A stretch of DNA of 64,000 bases from a bacterium (GTDB lineage Bacteria > Patescibacteriota > Patescibacteriia > JACQRZ01). The stretch covers positions 9,866 to 73,865 of the forward strand of contig JAUYIE010000021.1 in assembly GCA_030688365.1 (NCBI GenBank), in the 5' to 3' direction. The translations under genes were made by a program, and so were the position numbers. The notes below the pieces were generated by a model, which ran no database searches, had not been told where the DNA came from, and saw nothing but the letters and a program-made list of their open reading frames with translations. This document shows, piece after piece, positions 60,096 to 64,000 of the stretch (positions are counted from its first letter, which is position 1; every line of letters begins with the position of its first letter).

Positions 60096-63059
60096 ATGAA
60101 TACCCCTGATTTACTCTCTGATCTCAATGAAGCCCAAAAGTCGGCCGTAACTGCCGGTGAGGGTCCTTTTTTGATTATTGCCGGTGCGGGGACTGGCAAG
60201 ACGACCGTGATCACGCGTCGTATTGCGTGGCTTATTTTAGAGAAAAATATCAAGCCGGAAGATATATTGGCGCTTACCTTTACCGAAAAGGCGGCGGGCG
60301 AGATGGAGGAGCGGTTGGATCGCCTGTTGCCGTATGGATATGTTCAGCTGTGGATATCTACGTTTCATGCATTTTGCGAGCGGATTATTCGTCAACATGC
60401 TCTTGATATTGGACTCCCTGGAGATGTTCGACTGTTAGATCAGACAGCGTTGTGGTTACTGATGCGACGAAACTTGCATCGTTTTAATCTTGAGTATTAT
60501 CGACCGCTAGGCAATCCGACAAAGTTTTTACATTCATTGATCCAGCATTTTTCTCGCGCTAAAGATGAGGCGGTAAGTCCGGTGGAATATCTCGCTTTGG
60601 CGGAAAACTTGATTTTAAATAAAGATACGGGCGCGACAGAAGATGGCGACATTGGACTTGATGCTGTGCGTATCAAAGAAGTCGCTGATGCATATCATGT
60701 ATATGAACAATTGCTTTTAGAAAACAACGCGATGGATTTTGGGGGAGTGATTACCAATACATTGAAACTTTTTCGTGAGCGTCCGGCTATCTTGGAAAAA
60801 TATCGCCAGCAGTTTAAATACATCCTTGTCGATGAGTTTCAAGATACCAACTGGGCGCAGTATGAGCTGGTGAAGATGTTAGCAACGCCACGTGATAATC
60901 TTATGGTCGTGGGAGATGATGATCAGGCTGTATATGCGTGGAGAAACGCGTCTGTTGCATATATATTTCAATTCAAAAAAGATTTCCCCGCAAGCAAGGA
61001 AGTGGTACTGACCAACAATTATCGTTCGGCGCAAGAGATCCTTGACTGCGCGTATCGCTTCATCCAACTCAACAATCCTCATCGTCTGGAATACACACTT
61101 TCGCAAGAAGGTTCCGGACTTTCAAAACAACTCACTTCATACACAAAAGAAACCGGCATTGTGGAACATATCCATTGCGGGACACTGGAAGAAGAAATTG
61201 ATCGTGTCATCACGACGATTTTACAGAAAAAAGAAAAAGAAACGCTCGCATGGTCGGACTTTGCGATCCTTGTACGTTCAAACGATGCGGCTCTGCCGTT
61301 CATTGAGCGTTTGCAAGAGATGGATTTGCCGTATCATTTCATCGCACACAAAGGGTTGTACACCAAAGCCGTGATTATGGATGTACTTTCATATATGCGC
61401 GTACTCATCCATCCAAACGATGGTGTGTCTATGTATCGCGTGCTCAACATGCCCCCGATCAACCTATCTACGAGTAGTTATCTCGCGTTGGGAGGTTTTG
61501 CACATAAAAAAGGATACTCACTATGGCAGGCAATGGAACATCATCTTGAAATCACAGATATTCCCGAAGAAGAACACGCAGTCATCGCGGGTGTGGTAGC
61601 GATGATAAACCGCCATTCAGGCGAGGCACGCATAAAAAAAGCCGCTGAATTATTTTTACATATCGTCAAAGACATCGGATATCTGGTGTACTTAAAAAAA
61701 GAGGAGACAAAAGAAACGCACGAGGCGTTTAGTTATTTCAATCAATTTTACAAAAAAATCCGCACACTTCAACAAGAAGATCCGAGTCTGAAACTTGCTG
61801 ATGTGCTGGAAATCATAGGATATGAACAGCAAGCCGGCGATGAGGGGTCTCTGCCGTCCGATGGTGGGGGAGATTATGATGCGATCAAGATCATGACGAT
61901 CCACGCATCAAAAGGTCTGGAGTTTGCGTATGTGTTCCTTGCAAACATGGTTGACAAGCGGTTCCCGACGATTAGCCGCAATGAAGGTATTCCTCTCCCT
62001 GATCAGCTGGTAAAAGAAGAAGTGCCGGAAGGGGATATTCATATCGAAGAAGAGCGTAGGTTGTGTTATGTAGGTATAACGCGCGCAAAACGCGGTATTT
62101 ATTTTACCTCTGCGCAAAATTACGGCGGTGTGCGAGCAAAAAAGCCATCACGATTTTTGGAGGAGTTGGGATTTGTCATAGTCACTCCTGAAGGTACTTC
62201 AAAAGATACTTCATTACCCGAGCCGACAATGCATACGCCAAGCCCTGCAGTGATCATCCCTCTCCCGCATGTATTCAGTTTTTCACAGTTGGCCGCATTC
62301 GCATCATGTCCTTTGCAATACAAGTTTGCCTTTATATTGCGTATTCCCACTTTTGGCAAGGCATCGTTCAGTTTTGGAAAATCAATACACGCGACGCTTG
62401 AGGCGCTGTTTCGTCTTATCCTAGAAAATACCGGCAAACAGCAAGCAGGTCTTTTCCCGAACGTGGATACAGGTTATAATGAAAAAGGAACTATTCCTCC
62501 GTGGAAAACAGTGGAAGATCTCTATGAAAAATCGTGGATTGACGAATGGTACGCCGATCGTCGCACCCACGATCAGTATTTTGAAAAAGGTAAAGAGGGT
62601 TTGAAACAGCTTCATCAGGATTTGCTGGTAAACGGCGTGACGCCAAAAGCAGTGGAGCGCGATTTCACACTCAAGATGTCCATTGGATCGGATCAGTATT
62701 CTCTCAAAGGGCGTATTGATCGCGTGGATATGCACGGAGCGGACGGTGTGGCGATCATTGACTACAAAACAGGTACACCGAAGATTCTGAAAGATTTGCG
62801 TACGGAAGACAAGGAACAGTTGGTGTTGTATCAGATCGCGTGCGAAGATCTTTTTAAAGAAAAAGTGGAAGAGTTGACGTATTATTACATAGAGGACGGT
62901 TCCAGGGTGTCGTTTTTGGCAAATGAAAAGGAGAAAGAGAAACTCAAGGAACGGGTGCAGGAAAGGATAGAAGCGATACGCGGAAGCAATTTTGAGCCGA
63001 CGCCCGGTTTTCAATGTAAGTTTTGCGATTTTTGGGACATTTGTGATTATAGGCAATAA
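60096..63059 (+). CDS. UvrD/PcrA-like helicase fused to a PD-(D/E)xK nuclease with Fe-S cysteines
   Basis: AGAGTGKT, VDEFQD, VGDDDQ, TIHASKGLEF, EERRLCYVGITRA; CPLQY, GRIDRVD, IDYKTG, CKFCDFWDIC. Confidence 0.92.
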   Translation: MNTPDLLSDLNEAQKSAVTAGEGPFLIIAGAGTGKTTVITRRIAWLILEKNIKPEDILALTFTEKAAGEMEERLDRLLPYGYVQLWISTFHAFCERIIRQHALDIGLPGDVRLLDQTALWLLMRRNLHRFNLEYYRPLGNPTKFLHSLIQHFSRAKDEAVSPVEYLALAENLILNKDTGATEDGDIGLDAVRIKEVADAYHVYEQLLLENNAMDFGGVITNTLKLFRERPAILEKYRQQFKYILVDEFQDTNWAQYELVKMLATPRDNLMVVGDDDQAVYAWRNASVAYIFQFKKDFPASKEVVLTNNYRSAQEILDCAYRFIQLNNPHRLEYTLSQEGSGLSKQLTSYTKETGIVEHIHCGTLEEEIDRVITTILQKKEKETLAWSDFAILVRSNDAALPFIERLQEMDLPYHFIAHKGLYTKAVIMDVLSYMRVLIHPNDGVSMYRVLNMPPINLSTSSYLALGGFAHKKGYSLWQAMEHHLEITDIPEEEHAVIAGVVAMINRHSGEARIKKAAELFLHIVKDIGYLVYLKKEETKETHEAFSYFNQFYKKIRTLQQEDPSLKLADVLEIIGYEQQAGDEGSLPSDGGGDYDAIKIMTIHASKGLEFAYVFLANMVDKRFPTISRNEGIPLPDQLVKEEVPEGDIHIEEERRLCYVGITRAKRGIYFTSAQNYGGVRAKKPSRFLEELGFVIVTPEGTSKDTSLPEPTMHTPSPAVIIPLPHVFSFSQLAAFASCPLQYKFAFILRIPTFGKASFSFGKSIHATLEALFRLILENTGKQQAGLFPNVDTGYNEKGTIPPWKTVEDLYEKSWIDEWYADRRTHDQYFEKGKEGLKQLHQDLLVNGVTPKAVERDFTLKMSIGSDQYSLKGRIDRVDMHGADGVAIIDYKTGTPKILKDLRTEDKEQLVLYQIACEDLFKEKVEELTYYYIEDGSRVSFLANEKEKEKLKERVQERIEAIRGSNFEPTPGFQCKFCDFWDICDYRQ

Positions 63060-63061
63060 CT

Positions 63062-63358
63062 ATGGGATTTGAACCGCTTACAAAATTACTTCCGCACACC
63101 GCGAAAATCACTGGCATGAGCGAGCAGATCATTATCGCGCAAGCATTGTCTCGCGCGCATAGGGTTATTGTGAAACATCTCGGTGAGAGCGCAGGTACAA
63201 AACTTCAGCCCGCATATATCCAACACAAGACACTGTATATCGCCACACTGGAACATCCTCTCGCGTGGCAAGTGGGGTTGCATCAGGAGCAGATCATCGC
63301 GGGGGTCAACGCGGAGAGCCCTTATCCACTAATTCAACGCATTCGCGTCATCAGCTAA
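63062..63358 (+). CDS. DUF721/DciA family protein
   Basis: TLYIAT..HPLAWQV...QEQII..VN......IQRIRV pattern, 98 aa. Confidence 0.65.
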   Translation: MGFEPLTKLLPHTAKITGMSEQIIIAQALSRAHRVIVKHLGESAGTKLQPAYIQHKTLYIATLEHPLAWQVGLHQEQIIAGVNAESPYPLIQRIRVIS

Positions 63359-63359
63359 C

Positions 63360-63869
63360 ATGCAAAAAGGATTTACCAAAAATGAAATACTCATCACCAT
63401 CGCTTCGTTTATCGTTGCGGTTGGTTTGGCGAGCTGGGGAATATGGTATGAATATGCTCGTATTGATGATACGGAGAAATACTCCGAAGCGCTCCAATGG
63501 CATAGTGCTTTGGCGTGGTATTTTCATGTTCATGCGGTATACCCTTCTGTTCCTCAAGACGGTACCTCGTTTTCGGGTCTGTGTTTGGTAGATAAGGGGT
63601 TGGTGAGTGTTACCGATTCGGCATGCAGTACCTCGTCTCGGATTTATTATGTGTCCGTCTCATCAGTTGTGAATTATTATCCGCGTAATGCTGACAATAC
63701 ATTTTGTAAAGATCCACAAGGATGTAGTCGATATTATCTGACCGTTCCACAAAAAACGCGGGCTATCTCAGGACAGCCAATTGATATCTTCCGACAAGCC
63801 CCCCGCGGCCTTCATGTATTTGGCCCTGATGGCCTGCTTATCAATCAAAAACAAATTCCCGGTATATGA
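63360..63869 (+). CDS. Type IV pilin-like protein
   Basis: MQKG|FTKNEILITIASFIVAVGL class III signal; Y....AVYP; Cys pairs. Confidence 0.6.
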   Translation: MQKGFTKNEILITIASFIVAVGLASWGIWYEYARIDDTEKYSEALQWHSALAWYFHVHAVYPSVPQDGTSFSGLCLVDKGLVSVTDSACSTSSRIYYVSVSSVVNYYPRNADNTFCKDPQGCSRYYLTVPQKTRAISGQPIDIFRQAPRGLHVFGPDGLLINQKQIPGI

Positions 63870-64000
63870 CCTTACAAAAATATTTAAGCATGATGGCGTT
63901 TGCGACTCTCATCTGCTGGGGTGCATGGGTTGCAGTGATAAATATGGTTGATGTCCAACACACGGGCTTGCTGGGCTATGTACTTTTTTACGTCAGCTTA
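63866..64000 (+). CDS. Membrane protein, 5' fragment (runs out of window)
   Basis: ATGA overlap; MTLQKYLSMMAFATLICWGAWVAVINMVDVQHTGLLGYVLFYVSL. Confidence 0.65.
   Translation, partial: MTLQKYLSMMAFATLICWGAWVAVINMVDVQHTGLLGYVLFYVSL

Overview
Bacterial chromosomal window, standard genetic code, gene-dense. Gene content and style point to a Patescibacteria (CPR, Parcubacteria/ABY1-like) genome; this is inference from cluster-less MutY, many membrane-anchored/secreted proteins, an HK-RR-PilB neighbourhood and a DciA-like gene. The housekeeping backbone is pgi (3' part), mutY, tgt, recQ, queA, xseAB, uvrB/uvrA/uvrC, an RRM protein, rsmI-metG-cvpA-tatD, a complete F1Fo atp operon and a UvrD helicase-nuclease. 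An AT-richer accessory block (about 3.0-12.4 kb) carries RhuM, NUDIX x2, peptidase S51 x2, an APH-like kinase, a nucleotidyltransferase, a radical SAM/SPASM enzyme, a methyltransferase and a 7TM histidine kinase. Reading below the 60-aa ORF cutoff gave the main leads: (1) a 24-aa two-Cys peptide with strong RBS and terminator directly behind the RRE-rSAM-SPASM gene (candidate RiPP); (2) an about 54-nt structured antisense RNA with its own near-consensus promoter converging on an NYN RNase gene (candidate RNA-antitoxin system); (3) a PhcB-like methyltransferase next to a 7TM sensor kinase (candidate quorum-sensing pair); (4) a 50-aa 12-Cys peptide, other small ORFs with terminators, a 150-nt four-way structured element inside the atp operon, and a frameshifted paralog remnant. 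No rRNA, tRNA, CRISPR array or transposase was recognised. All family assignments come from motif recognition by eye, not database searches.
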